Source: Amoebidium appalachense
Lineage: Eukaryota > Protista > Ichthyosporea
NCBI GenBank assembly: GCA_963693365.1
Contig: CAVNZM010000003.1
Coordinates: forward strand, 10,772,988 to 10,836,987
DNA: 64,000 nucleotides
Direction of reading: 5' to 3'
Positions 13,821 through 26,102 of the stretch are shown here, in pieces. The notes beneath the pieces were generated by a model. That model was not told the origin of the DNA. It saw only the letters and a program-made list of their open reading frames with translations, and ran no database searches. Made by a program: the position numbers and the translations under genes. Position 1 is the stretch's first letter; every line of letters starts with the position of its first letter.

Positions 13821-14810
13821 ACAAAGAAGGAAAGCAGACACGAATACAAACAAGCTAAGACACATACATACTTCAAGGCTCTTGCTGTCATACATGGTGA
13901 CGTATTCCAACACAAACACACGGGAAAAAGGGAAACAGGAACGACCGGAGCAGTGTACACAATGATATTTGGACACGACTGGCTTGAATTTATTTTGCTT
14001 CCATATAAATACTTGAGAATGCCTAACTCAAATCGGTATGTGATTTCCGACCAGTCGGAAATCAGATCTTTGTCTAAAAGAAACCAATCACTATGAACCA
14101 ATTGCTAGATTTAGATAGATCTAGCAGGCGGGAATGTACACGATAGGTCACAGATACTAACATGGATCAAGGTAACGGAACAACGAGGAATGAGGGTGCT
14201 GTAATGCAGGATTCTAACCTGCCCCGGGAGTGCTGCAAAGACTCAGAAATATTACTCTAACCTTGGTGATTGGGGGAAACACGGCAACACATTAAAACTA
14301 AAGTAATTTAAGAAAGCCTAAACACACGTGTCAGCCTACGCATATCCTAAGTGTGTATCTATCGATATCCAATCAACATAAAACGAGCAATATAAATCTA
14401 CTCAACATATATTAGTGAAAAGGAAGGATGATCATACACAGTGTCACATAAAAAGATAGAAAAGAGAAAAGAAAAGAAAGAAGGAGAAAGAGAAAAGAGA
14501 AGAGAACAAAGATCAACAAACATATAGCAATAGTATAACTATAACTAAATATATTTATGTACACACGAACATGTACACGTCTCTCCCTGAGTGGGTGGAT
14601 CCGTGTACACACATATAAATATTCTAATCGATATTGCAACACATTAATTAAAGCCGACACAAAACGATTAGAAGTATACAAGCATATCGGAGATTGATGC
14701 CACACTTTTCGTACAAGGAGTGTAGCTTTTACAGTAAGTACATGAACTTAAACATAACACAAACTGAAACTTTAAGATCTTACCTAATGTAAATACTACG
14801 TACTACAACA
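12955..14810 (-). mobile_element. Solo LTR of Copia family A (TSD TCTGG) containing a nested family-B LTR
   Basis: TG...CA ends; TCTGG at 12950-12954 and 14811-14815; segments 12955-13033 and 13918-14810 align with LTR-A. Confidence 0.92.
13034..13912. mobile_element. Solo LTR of a second family (TGTTG...CAACA), TSD CAAAC
   Basis: TGTTG start, CAACA end, CAAAC at 13029-13033 and 13913-13917; absent from the other three LTR-A copies. Confidence 0.85.
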
Positions 14811-15357
14811 TCTGGGCCACCGACTCTGCACACGTTTTGACTTTCTCGGTCACGTACACGGTCTTGGCGTCCGCGGTAGTGCGGCCGGTGGCACCGTTCA
14901 CCTTAGGGTTCGTCGTAGGTATGAACTTGGGAGACCCCGGGGGAGTGGGTAACCCATCGGCCGCGGGGGCTGCCTTTGCTGCAGAGGCCGGGCCCGCATG
15001 GGCAGGGCCAGTGGGGGGTGCCCACCCAGGTGATTTTGAAAAGTTCAAATATGAAGTGATATGGCTTTTTGCGATGCCGAACGACAAAGTCTGAAATGTG
15101 GCTGGTGAGACGAAGCCAAAATCGAACACATCTGGCAGAGCCTGGTATCACCGTATTCTATCGTATAAATGGAACGTGAAATGGAATGTGCGACTAACAG
15201 CTTCAACCAATAGGCGCGATCGATCTGCACTGACGCCGCCTCCGGCGCCAGCGCCGGCAGTGCGCCCGGGGTTGCAGTGATGCATGCATATATGCGCACG
15301 TATATATGTACCATACATTTGTTGGTACTAGTGGGGTAGGCCATTACAGATTACTAT

Positions 15358-15928
15358 TAGATCAGTTTACATTACCGAGATCCCCTATAACATCGAGCAC
15401 GGACTCACGAAATTCCCTAGTGTAACTTCCAGCCAAAAAACACAAGTCTCTCGACCGTTCCAGAGTTGGGATATACAGCTCACCCAGATGCTCAAACAAA
15501 ACCAACCCAACCGAAGTTGTACGAGTACGATCGGTAAGACAGTTTTTCTTCTGCTTGAACCTTGTGCAGTTCTTCTACCAAAACGTTTGCCTCTTTCGGT
15601 GAAAGGAATTGTTTTAACACTACTGGGTTATAGATCCCGTTTCCGTACACTGGGGGAAGGTGGATTTTCTTGTGAATAATACTGATATAGCCGGACATTC
15701 TGCGACGGTACACTGCAGCACGTTCCTAGGATAGTACATAGGTTTACCGTAGGTTCTGCTGTGTTTTGAAAACGGAAAAGAAGGGGTTGATTTTTTTTTT
15801 TCGAGCTTCCTTGCACGTTGACCCGGCATACCATCGGGCCGGGCCAGTACCCAATTTGACTTCTCGATCAATGATTGGTGGAAGAGTAGTGGCGGGCAAC
15901 GGCCAAACGGACACACACAAACGGTCAT
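15358..15928 (-). pseudogene. Possible frameshifted gene remnant of unknown function, head-to-head with the BEN gene
   Basis: Protein-like segments in three successive frames (MTVCVCPFGRC...; ...VLKQFLSPKEANVLVEELHKVQ; ...LFEHLGELYIPTLERSRDLCFLAGSYTREFRESVLDVIGDLGNVN*). No family recognised. Confidence 0.3.
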
Positions 15929-16789
15929 CGATCTGTGGTGTTTAGTTTAAAATTGCAGCCCACTTCAACCAGCACGTCACAGTTTCCCACAGAAGTTAAA
16001 CACTTCACAGCTCATATCTCAGCTAGAATTAGGTGTGTCTTAGCCTCACTGAGCGATCTGCCAACATGGGCGTCTCTAATTATAGTCTGGTGCCTGCCAG
16101 TCTCCCAGTTGAGAAGTACCCACCAAAGGGCATAAAGCCTGATAAAAGCCACGAGGGTAATCCGTGGAAACACACATTGATTTGGGAGGTGATTGGTTTG
16201 TAGTTCAGGCCCACGATGGTGACATGGATGTGTACCAGTTGCGGTCGCTTTGCGAGTTTGATGAAACTTTGGGATGCCAAAAGGGCACCAGAGAGTTTAA
16301 CAAGGAACCCACGGTGGGCAGCACTGTGTACATCCCCTGGGTGCAGATGAACGTCGGTACGCTGCAGTGGTTCCAGGGAGAAGTTGTGTCCAGACTCCCC
16401 GCTGCTGTTGCTGGTAAGGGTCTCAAAAGTCACTAAACGTGTGTAAAAAGACTAGTTTTGTCTGCCATAGAGGAAGGCTTATCAGTGTGTCATAAGTATA
16501 CGGAGACCACACCTTGTCTTTATATGAACAGAACGAAAGACAAGTTATCCCAAAGAGGACAACCCCCCCCCGCCGCCTTTTTGTTTTGTGCAGGAGGAGA
16601 AGTGGGGAATGCAGGAGGAGAAGGGGGGAAGGAGGTGGGGGAGTGGGGTGGGGGGTTCACCTAGGCAAAGATTGTACAGAGGAAACAAAAGTAGTCGCCA
16701 CCGTGACCTACTTTTTTTCGCCTTGTAGTTACTCTCTGGTTTAAGGGCTCTCTTCACGGGTTTTCTTGTCTTTGTGGTACTTACACACA

Positions 16790-16832
<43 letters not shown>

Positions 16833-17105
16833 GTACACACACACACGCACACACACTCGCGCTCGTGCGCACACACACAACGGAGAACGGCTAGCACAAC
16901 AAACCGGGGGGAAGAATTGCATACCTTTAGTATTGCAGGCCGGTACCCAACCTACACACACACACATACACACACACACACAGACAGACACGTACATGCA
17001 CGTGCGCACACACACGCAGGCACACACACCACTTCCCCGTTTCCTCCTAATCAAACAGCCAAACCAACCAACCAAACATGGTGGTGCACGATGATGTAGT
17101 CTTGA

Positions 17106-19263
17106 ATGTAGGCGGCATGTTGGAGGGCCTCAGCCCACAGTTTGGGGGACAGAGACTGATCTTGGACTTGATGGAGGAGGCAACGGACAATCTCTTGGAG
17201 GAACCGCATACGACGTTCAACATAGCCGTTCAGTTGAGGGCAGTCCACCGGAGCATAGCTGGCCTTGATGCCCTGGGAGAGGCAAAAAGCACGGGTAGCC
17301 TTGGAGGTGAACTCAGAGCCGGAGTCGAAGTGGTAGACACCAACTTTGGAGGGGGCATGGGTGGCAACGAGGTTGGTGTGAGCTGTGAGAATGTCCAGGG
17401 TGGTGGTACGGTTGGCCATCGGGTAGATCTTGACGAGTCCAGAGGCACGGCAGACAGTGACGAGAGCAACCTTGGAACCTCCGTACGATGTTGTGGTAGG
17501 CTCAAAAAAATCCCAATGCCATTCATGACCGGGGATGTTGGAGTGAGGACGGTCACCCTTGAACGGAGCCTTGGTGGTTTTACCCATAATGCAGCCATGA
17601 CAATCAGGAACATCACAGTCGAGGACAGAGGAGGGGAGACCAATAACAAGGTCGTGTTTCACCATGTCCTTGATGCTGGTCATAGCACGGTGCCCCAGAC
17701 GATGGTGCCAGATGGATGGGTTAACACTGGTAGTGGCAGCCAGAGCCACAGGTCCTGGACGAGTGGGTGGTTGAATGGTGTAGTCCTTGAAGTAATACAG
17801 ACCGTTGTGTAGACGGAGGTTGACGAGATGACGGCCGGTGAGTCGGTCGAAGAGGAATGACGGAGTGGAGGCATCGTTCAAATCACCCTTGATGTATTCG
17901 GCAGCAGCTTGGGATGTTGAAATGAGGAAGGCTTGGCCAGACGGGGTGTAGTAGGCTTCAATGGTAAGGGTGGCAGTGCCATGGTCGGTGGTGGTGTTGA
18001 TGACGATATGGCCGGTGTGAGTGGCCAAGACGGGGGTGCCATTGAAGGCAGCAACGGGAGTCGGTGTCAGAAGGGGAGTGAGGTCATGGAAGAACTCACG
18101 GGTGGGGCAGACAGTCATGTTGCACCCGGAATCCCAGGCAGGGTCGGAGGACACGGGGACGGAGCTAGCATTGTATGCCGAGAAAGCAAAGGAGACAGAT
18201 TTCTCACTGCCTTGACGGGAACGGTTGTGTCTGGACATACGGCATTTCGGCTCAGGGCAATCGATGATCGTGTGATCAGGCTCGTGGCAGTAGGAGCATT
18301 CTTTCACGGACGGGGTGTTAGAACGAGCCGGGGAATCAGAACGACGGGAACCCGAGAAACGGGAACGACTGGGGGAACGAGACGTGGACCGGAAGGCAGG
18401 CCGGTGGGGGGAACGGGATCGGGTGTGCTGACGGGAGAGACGAGTTCGGAGGTCCGTACCAGGGGTACTGTCAAGTCGGTTGCGTAAGTCACGGCGAGGA
18501 AGATCACGGGGGGGGAGCACTGGCATTTAATGCCATGCTGGACTTGGAGGCACGGTGGGCACGGTTGCTCCGGAGTTGCATCTTGAGGTCTTGACGTAAC
18601 TCGATGCCCTTGACGTGGTTGTGGAGGGACTCGAAGTCGGGGGAATAGCTTATCACCGAAGTGATAGTCTTCGATAAGACGGTTGAACTCAGGGGTGAGG
18701 TCGTCTCTGGTGGTGAGTTCATTGAAGAACTTCTCAGCTAGACGAGTGAAGTGAATGGACTCATCTTGGAGGGACTGGAGCTGGTTCACGATGGTCTGCA
18801 GACGGCTCAGGTAGGTGGTGAATGATTCACCGGGCTGAAGGGCACAGGCATCCCACTGACGGTGAAGGATGCGGATCTGATCGGGTTTGCCTTGGAGATA
18901 GTGTTGACGGAATTTCCACATGGCCCGTTCAGGGTCCATGCCAATACGGTACTGGGCAACGGTGGTGAGGACGGAAGGGTCGATGTTCTGTATCATATGG
19001 AGCAGGAGGCAATTGCGGGCCTCCTTGAGTTCCGCGGTAGTGCCGTAGCCATAGAAGGGGGGGTCACCGTCAACCGCGACGGTGGTAGGGGGGACGTAGT
19101 TGTCAGCAAGTACAACATCCACGAGTCGGACACCTTTAGTGCCGGTCATCATGCCGAGAAAAATGATTTCCCATTGAAAATAGGTGGTTTTGCTATCGGG
19201 ACCAGTCTTCCCTTCACCTTTCCACATGGTTATTTTGTTTACGCCAGTTTTGTTTGGATCCAT
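17106..19263 (-). pseudogene. Copia gag-pol, frameshifted around 18520-18640 and truncated within integrase
   Basis: ORFs 18304..19263 and 17051..18526 carry gag and PR/IN motifs in different frames. Confidence 0.9.
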
Positions 19264-19312
19264 GATTGAAAAACGAGCGCTAGTTCTAGATGTGTGTAGG
19301 GAGCGTGCAAAA

Positions 19313-19325
19313 GGGCTGCATAACC
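19313..19325 (-). promoter_or_regulatory. Primer-binding site, half-tRNA(iMet) type
   Basis: GGTTATGCAGCCC directly after the LTR; resembles the Ty5/copia PBS complementary to the initiator tRNA anticodon arm. Identical at 63304-63316. Confidence 0.8.
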
Positions 19326-20447
19326 TGTTAAATTATATTAGTATTTGGGATGTAAGCAGAGACACAGTGGTGCAGTGTGAAAACACCACAGACACACACA
19401 ACAACAAAACACGGAACGATCGGAGCAGTGTACACAACAGACATCAATGTTTAGACACGACTGAACTGAATTTATTCTGATCTTCAAATAAATACCTGAA
19501 ATTCCTCTAAGTCAAATCCATACATGATTTCTGACCAGTCGGAAATCAGATCTATCTCTAATAGAAACCAATCACTAAGAACCAATTGCTTTCAGAGAGA
19601 TCCGGTACGCGGAGACGCACACGATAGGACACAGACACTAGTTAAGGTCAACTTGTGTCATCATCAAGGAAGTTCTTACCTATGACATACTGCAAAGACT
19701 CAGACATATCACACTTAACCTTGATGATTGGTTAAAGCCCGGCAACACATGAAAACTAAAGTAAATTAATGAAGTCTAAACACACATGCTATTCTAAGTG
19801 TAGCCTAAGTGTGTTATCGTCCAATGAACACGTATTAAGTAACACAAATCTACCTAACATATATTAGTAGAAAAGAAATACGATTATACACTTGAAGACA
19901 AAGAGAGAAAGAAAAGAAAATAAGGAAGGAGAAAGAGGAAGGAAAAGAGAGCACAGATCACCAAACAAGATAGTAATAGCATAACTATAACCAGAGATAT
20001 TTATGTACACACGAACATGTACACGTCTCTCCCTGAGTGGGTGGATCCGTGTACACACATATAAATATTCTAATCGATATTTCAATACACGATTAGAGCC
20101 GATACAACACGATTACAAGTATACAAGCATATCGGAGATCGATGCTTCATGTTACATAATAGGAGTGTGGCATATACACTAAGCATATGAACTGAAACAT
20201 AACACAAACTGAGAAGATCTTACCATATGTAGATACTACGTATTACAACAATATCGGCAAGAATTCTTACTGATGACATCTTTACAACCGATGAGCTGGT
20301 CAACAACTCGTTTGTGTGTCACGGGAAAACAGCTCGCTTACTTGGAGTGGGCACGGTCGGGCAGCTTGATCCCGCCAAAACTCACCTGGTGTACCGTACG
20401 TGACCATACTAGCACACACATACACATGCACGCACATATACGTGCCG

Positions 20448-20485
<38 letters not shown>

Positions 20486-20489
20486 TCAT

Positions 20490-20521
<32 letters not shown>

Positions 20522-20549
20522 ACACACACACGCACACACACAAACACAA

Positions 20550-21043
20550 CAGTGGTGAAAACACACAGGGAGGCAAACAAAATAAATTGGTACACACTCA
20601 CTACACCGGTACCCACACACACGTTTACATGCAGGCGCACGCACACATGAACACACACAGAAGCACACCGAGCGCAAATCTGTGTGCACATACACACAGG
20701 CACATATATCGGGCACACACATACACACACCTTCTGATATGCCCCTTTGCCCTTCTCCCTCACACCATGCACAAACATGCACATGGGCACACATACACAC
20801 ACAGACATATCATCAGGCACACACACACACACACACACCCACACATACCACACATACACACACACACCCACACACACATACACCGGTGAAAGCACACAGG
20901 GAGGCACACAAAATATATCCGCGCACACTCACTACACTGGTACCCACACACGCGTTTACATGCATACGCACGCACACATGCACACACACACAAGCACACT
21001 GGGCATAAATCTGCGCGCACATACACACGTAGACATATACATC

Positions 21044-21124
<81 letters not shown>

Positions 21125-21160
21125 TTTCTGATATGCCCCTTTGCCCTTCTCCCTCACCCC
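20550..21160. repeat. CA-rich ~330-bp tandem duplication inside the BEN intron
   Basis: ggtgaaa.cacacagggaggca...ttctgatatgcccctttgcccttctccctcac occurs at ~20554-20765 and ~20885-21158. Confidence 0.85.
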
Positions 21161-21186
21161 GGGTGATTGTCTCCCTTGTCCCCCCC

Positions 21187-21217
<31 letters not shown>

Positions 21218-21372
21218 CATTACCACCACCACCACCACCACCACCACCACCACCAACCCTACCCTCATCTTCGACTCCCTTATTCCCATCCCCACATTCA
21301 TTGCCACCCAATTCTTTTTGCCTTCCGTAAGAAGGCCCAAGCTCCTCTGCATCACTGTCATCCCCCCCCCCC

Positions 21373-21408
<36 letters not shown>

Positions 21409-22529
21409 TTCCCTCCCTTCCTCCCTCCCACCCCCCTCCCCACTCCTTTCAGTCATGACCAACTACCTCGTCACTGGATCCCTGGACCCTGCAACCGATG
21501 CTGTCTACAAGGCCATAAAGAGGGGGGGGAGCATCGCCTGCGACAATGCACGCAAAGGCTTGCATAGTCATTTGGCCACAGCAACGTAAAACAACACCCA
21601 TCAATACACGGCTCGGGAATCCAGAGAATAAATAAGGTACTGGATACATGCCCTCCCCCCCCCCCCCCCCCCCCCCCCCGACCCGCCCGCCCGCCTGCCC
21701 CAACCTCCTAACCCCCCACCCCTCTGCATCCCTTCCCTCTTCTCGCCACACTCATTCACTCACTCAGTCACTCTCACCACTTAAATGAAAAAGACTACTC
21801 GAAGACACGATTCTAAAAACTCAAATGTACACATGTACATACGTCTCTCATCTTTTTACCTGGTCATATCACATCTTTTTTCCCTCCTCCTGCATCTGCT
21901 CGGATGCAGAGAGCGCGGTCCCCCCTACACACACAGACACATATCCCTGTGTTTGTACGACTTATCCACGGCCATCTAGAAACACCTAGATGGCCGTGGA
22001 CTTATCAAAAAATGAGATATGCACCTAGTGCATGTGATAGGTCCATAGTGGAATGCTACCTCGTGCAGCAAATACTGAGCCTTCTTCATAGAGGCAATAA
22101 AAAAATAAAAAAATAACTTAATGCATACACCAGAAGGACGTGAGGCTATTAAGGGAATATGTCATTTACATGTGTCTATTAAGGAATATATCATTAACAT
22201 GTGTGTTTCTTTGCAGAAACGATGACAGTGGTGCTCGAATTTACTTCCGGTACTCTACTGTGGCTTCTTCCGGACATCAAATTAGACTGCAGCAATATTC
22301 TGGACCGCGAAGACCTATAGGTGATTTTATAGTATTTTCATACATGTGCATTGCTTCCTCAATTGTTGTTGGCATGCATGTTGGAGTTTCGATTACCTGC
22401 AGGTACACGGAGTAAGCCATATAACATTTGCCATACTGTAGTTGGGTGTAACACCCGAACACACGCGCACTATATACAGTATATGATATGTACGTGTGTG
22501 TATGTATGTATGTATTGTATGTATGTATG

Positions 22530-22597
<68 letters not shown>

Positions 22598-22991
22598 TAC
22601 GCACGGCTCCATGTTTTTATAGTAATAATAATAAAGCTCGAGGCCCGCGGCCTTGACGCCGGACAACTGGATATTGTCCCGCATCAACCCCTTGATATCC
22701 GCCGCATTTAATTGGATGACCGACAACCCATATATAGCTATTTTCATGTCGATTCTACTGCAGAGAATTGGCCAATGATTTTTATCATATTGGCTAGCCC
22801 TTTTTGGAAGCACCGCTAACCAATCCGATCGGGCCCAAAACAAACCAGATTTGATCGTACGGCCCCAGATTTTGGCGCACTATGACCAGAAATCTGATGA
22901 TACGATCAAATCTGTAGGGCGCTGGCAGTATGCCGGCGACAGCGTACGATCACATCTGGATATCTCAGATTTAACCAGCGCGCTTCGTCGC

Positions 22992-24354
22992 TTCCACACC
23001 TATCCCTAGACGCCTTTTTGATTCTCTCTACGCGCTCACACCACCATCACAACGCGTACACGAATTAGCCCTTAAATTTCACGAGCACATCACCCGCCTG
23101 TCCGCTTGTGCCCCGGACCACCCGCTCTTCCGGCTACACGCATCCCCGCCGGATTCGCCCCTGTACCTCTTCCCTTCCCCATCGTCTCTGCCCATTGCCG
23201 AGCGCTATGTGGAATGGCTGGCGACCCCCCCGGAGGTACGGCTAGATCATAGTGTGAATATGAATAGTTTCAAGTCTATGGCTGATAGATATCTTTTTAC
23301 TCTACGTGTTGAGTCCCTTCCGGTGTTAGGACCGCACAAACACCAACTACTAGTAGCCTATATGGCGGATACGGTTAGAGAGTCTCGTTCATACATAGAT
23401 TCGTTTATTCGTAATGTGGTGTGGTGTAAAAACGCAAAGATGATTATGGCTTGGCGGTGTAATCGGTTTCTGGTGTCTCCTGCTCGTATGTGTAATATGT
23501 GTGGGGGGGGCGGTTTACTCGCGGCTGCATATCTATCAATAAATGCAACCTGTTAGCTAATGTATTAGAACCGGAGGTTATTGGCGGTTTTATTCTCTTT
23601 TCTTCATCTCTTCCTCAATATATCCGTTTTAAGATGACTATCCTAGATCACCTTATTAATGCTGCACAGTATGATATTGTGATCCGGTGCCTTAACTTTC
23701 TGTCGGAGCTACCGATGCTAGCATCTGCTTACCCATAATATGTAATAGGGGTGTCAGACACTACGATGGCGCTCATTGTTGCCTAGCATGTACATATGTC
23801 ACTGGCTGCATTTGATTGGCTGTGCTGGAAAACGCAGTAGGCCGTCGTGTGCCGGTGCACGTGGCTGTTTTGTGCACATGTTACAATAGCAGCACGATCT
23901 CCCTAAACTCCATGTTTACACATCCCTCACCCTGGCTCTGCCTTGTCGGTGCTCCAAAACACACATACAAATCCCCCTAGACTCAGTGCCTGCACATGGT
24001 CGCATTCACGTGCAGGTCACGTGACACATGCGATGCCATACTGCCGTCTACAGCAACAACCACGGCAGCATGTATACCGGCCCAGCACGAAATATACTTA
24101 TCGGCAGCCCACTGAACTCGCCCATTTTCTCTTTTTCATGTATGTCCCTCCTTTTTTGTAAAATCACCCTTTTTGGCCTCCCGGTAGTGGATTTTGCAGG
24201 ATTTGACTTCTTTGAGGTCCAAAAACCTCAAATTTTCCCCGGCGGGGCCGGGGAGGGAGAATTCAAAAATTGCCCGCTCCTGATATGGTACCCGGGCCGT
24301 CGAATGTGGCTGGGCCTCCGGCAATGTCCACGCAATAAAAAGTGTGTAAACCCC
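22992..24354 (+). mobile_element. 5'-truncated LINE of the same family, with a candidate 14-bp TSD
   Basis: 22992-23837 matches the reverse complement of ~8895-8064 (EWLATPPE...CNMCGG...ASAYP*). CTTCGTCGCTTCCA occurs at 22983-22996 and 24355-24368. Confidence 0.85.
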
Positions 24355-26102
24355 CTTCGTCGCTTCCATAATATTTCAGATTTCATCTTTTGAAAATCAC
24401 CTGGGCAGTCAGCTTCCAGCTGCTGTAAGCGCGCCTCCACTTGCATGAACGACGAGGTCCGTTTGGTCCTGACGTTTGGCTTTACTCTCGGCTACTTGGG
24501 TTGTTAAGTCGGTGACTTGGGTGCGGAGATGCTCATGATGCGCCATAAGTTTGATTGAGCACAGATTTCCTAGCCTTCTCGGGTATCAGCTGCAGTTGTT
24601 CTTTCGTAATAAAACTACTGGCTGGCGGCGCGGCCAGTGGTGCTTTATTTAACCTCGGGAAAGGGAACCTGTTCCGCCCGGCTCTGTTTCGTTAACCGCT
24701 TACCTGGGGATTCTCCTTCCCGTGTATCACGTTTGCAGCTCCCAGGCGGTGTCCCAGGAGGATCCGGGAACATGATAAGGGACTTTACCGAAGAATTTGA
24801 CCTAAAGTTTTATAAAAGTTTTTCATGTTTTTTCGTGATCGCTTGAGCAGATCAAACTGTTTTGCTGGGATCTCAGTGTACGTGTGAAGGGGGTATAACA
24901 ACACACTAATCGTAAAAACTTGGTGCATTTTGGTTGAACAGTTCCCAAGTTATTACATTTTTATTTTTTTGAAACGTGCATAACGTTATGCTCAAACCTG
25001 CACAACGTTATACAATTTTACTTAGTAAATGTGAATTTGCCTCAAAAAAATTCGTTAAAGTGCCTTGGATACGTCCTGAGAAGCCATGGATGGGTACCAG
25101 CTGCCCCTTTAGGGGCCTAAGTAGAGGTGGATGGTGCTGATTGTGGTGCATGTCTCCACGCCCATATATATGGGAGGGATCCCTTGCCACTTTTCGCCAA
25201 GTCGCTCACGCCGTCACGACCGGGCCGTTGGCCCGGGGCCCCTAGCGAAGTGGTTTGGGGAGAACCGCTAGGTCTGACGTCACTCAGATCTTTTTCAAGG
25301 GCCAATCACATCACCTACTCGTACATTCCACTGACATGTGGAATCGCATGGTTTGATTACTAATACGGAAGAATATTTTGCTTCACAGAAACGCTCTTTC
25401 TCAATTCTCAGACAGCCACACTGAGTTACTTTGCCTCCCTTTTATTTTCGAGACACGGGAAATGAGGCCTTTCCATTGTTACTGAACATAAAGTAAGTTT
25501 GTTAATTTATCGATTGCTTCAATTCAAGAGCTGCTGCACGTACTGAAATGATTACTATTCAGTGAAAATTTAAAGCAGACTACTAATGCACACAGAAAAA
25601 CACAAGAGCAAAAAATCAAACCAAAAATGATGAAAAATTATCCTTTCGTTTGGGTCGTGACGTTTACTAATGCCATTCATCCGATTCATCGGCGTCAAAG
25701 CTTCGAACTTCGAAGAGTGAATCGTGTTTGCTTTGGTCTAGGGAGATTTACACTGATACGAAATTGAAGTCGTTGATTGGTTGCCTGGAAGACTCCAATC
25801 TCAGCCAAGTTAGGATATAATAAACTGTGCGCTTTGATTGGTGCCTTGGCTTCATCACCGAATTCGGCGGGTATATAAAGCATTGGCCACTGCCATTCCA
25901 CTTCATTCAGGTCACAAAACACCAATGGGAATCAGCACCAGCTACTAACACCAAGACTTCAACCCACGAGGCTTCATGTTATGAAACGCATCACACGCCA
26001 AAAAAGCGTCAAAACCAACAACAAACAATACAGCAGAACAGCCGACCAGTTTCTTTTACTATTGCTGCGGAGCGGATTCGGACTGCAAAGCAGGCAAAGA
26101 AA

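Larger units (their letters stand above)
8064..15140 (-). mobile_element. Degenerate non-LTR retrotransposon (LINE; ORF1 + APE-RT ORF2) interrupted by solo LTRs
   Basis: ORF1 pieces at 15129-14811 and 12954-~12380; APE start MLSFLFWNAR...VVAETW at 12368; RT at 9953-8331. The 3' region matches the copy at 22992-23837 down to ~8064. The 5' boundary is approximate. Confidence 0.9.
17106..20250 (-). mobile_element. 3'-truncated Ty1/Copia LTR retrotransposon (5' LTR 20250-19326, PBS, gag, protease, integrase)
   Basis: LTR TG...CA; PBS GGTTATGCAGCCC; gag from 19263; zinc knuckle CSYCHEPDHTIIDC; protease WDSG; HHCC (WHHRLGH...CHGC); DDE residues in WHWD, FDSGSEF, NGYVER. Homology to the 62 kb copy stops at ~17106. 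Confidence 0.95.
16066..21589 (+). pseudogene. BEN-domain protein gene (putative N-terminal Tudor/SH3-like exon, C-terminal BEN domain) disrupted by a Copia element
   Basis: Exons 20251-20395 and 21453-21589 splice (GTACGT...TTTCAG) to ISARILTDDIFTTDELVNNSF...QLDPAKTHLVYLMTNYL...YKAIKRGGSIACDNARK, a BEN-like pattern. The 5' exon ~16066-16412 (WFVVQAHDG...VGSTVYIPW...WFQGEVV) ends in GTAAGG; its link to the BEN exons is inferred. Confidence 0.6.

Noticed and set aside
17078-19269. Plus-strand ORFs of 135-244 aa
   Set aside because: Antisense shadows of Copia gag-pol.
24228-24775. Possible minus-strand spliced gene (MFPDPPGTPPG...; MQVEARLQQLE...)
   Set aside because: No consistent frame or recognisable domain.
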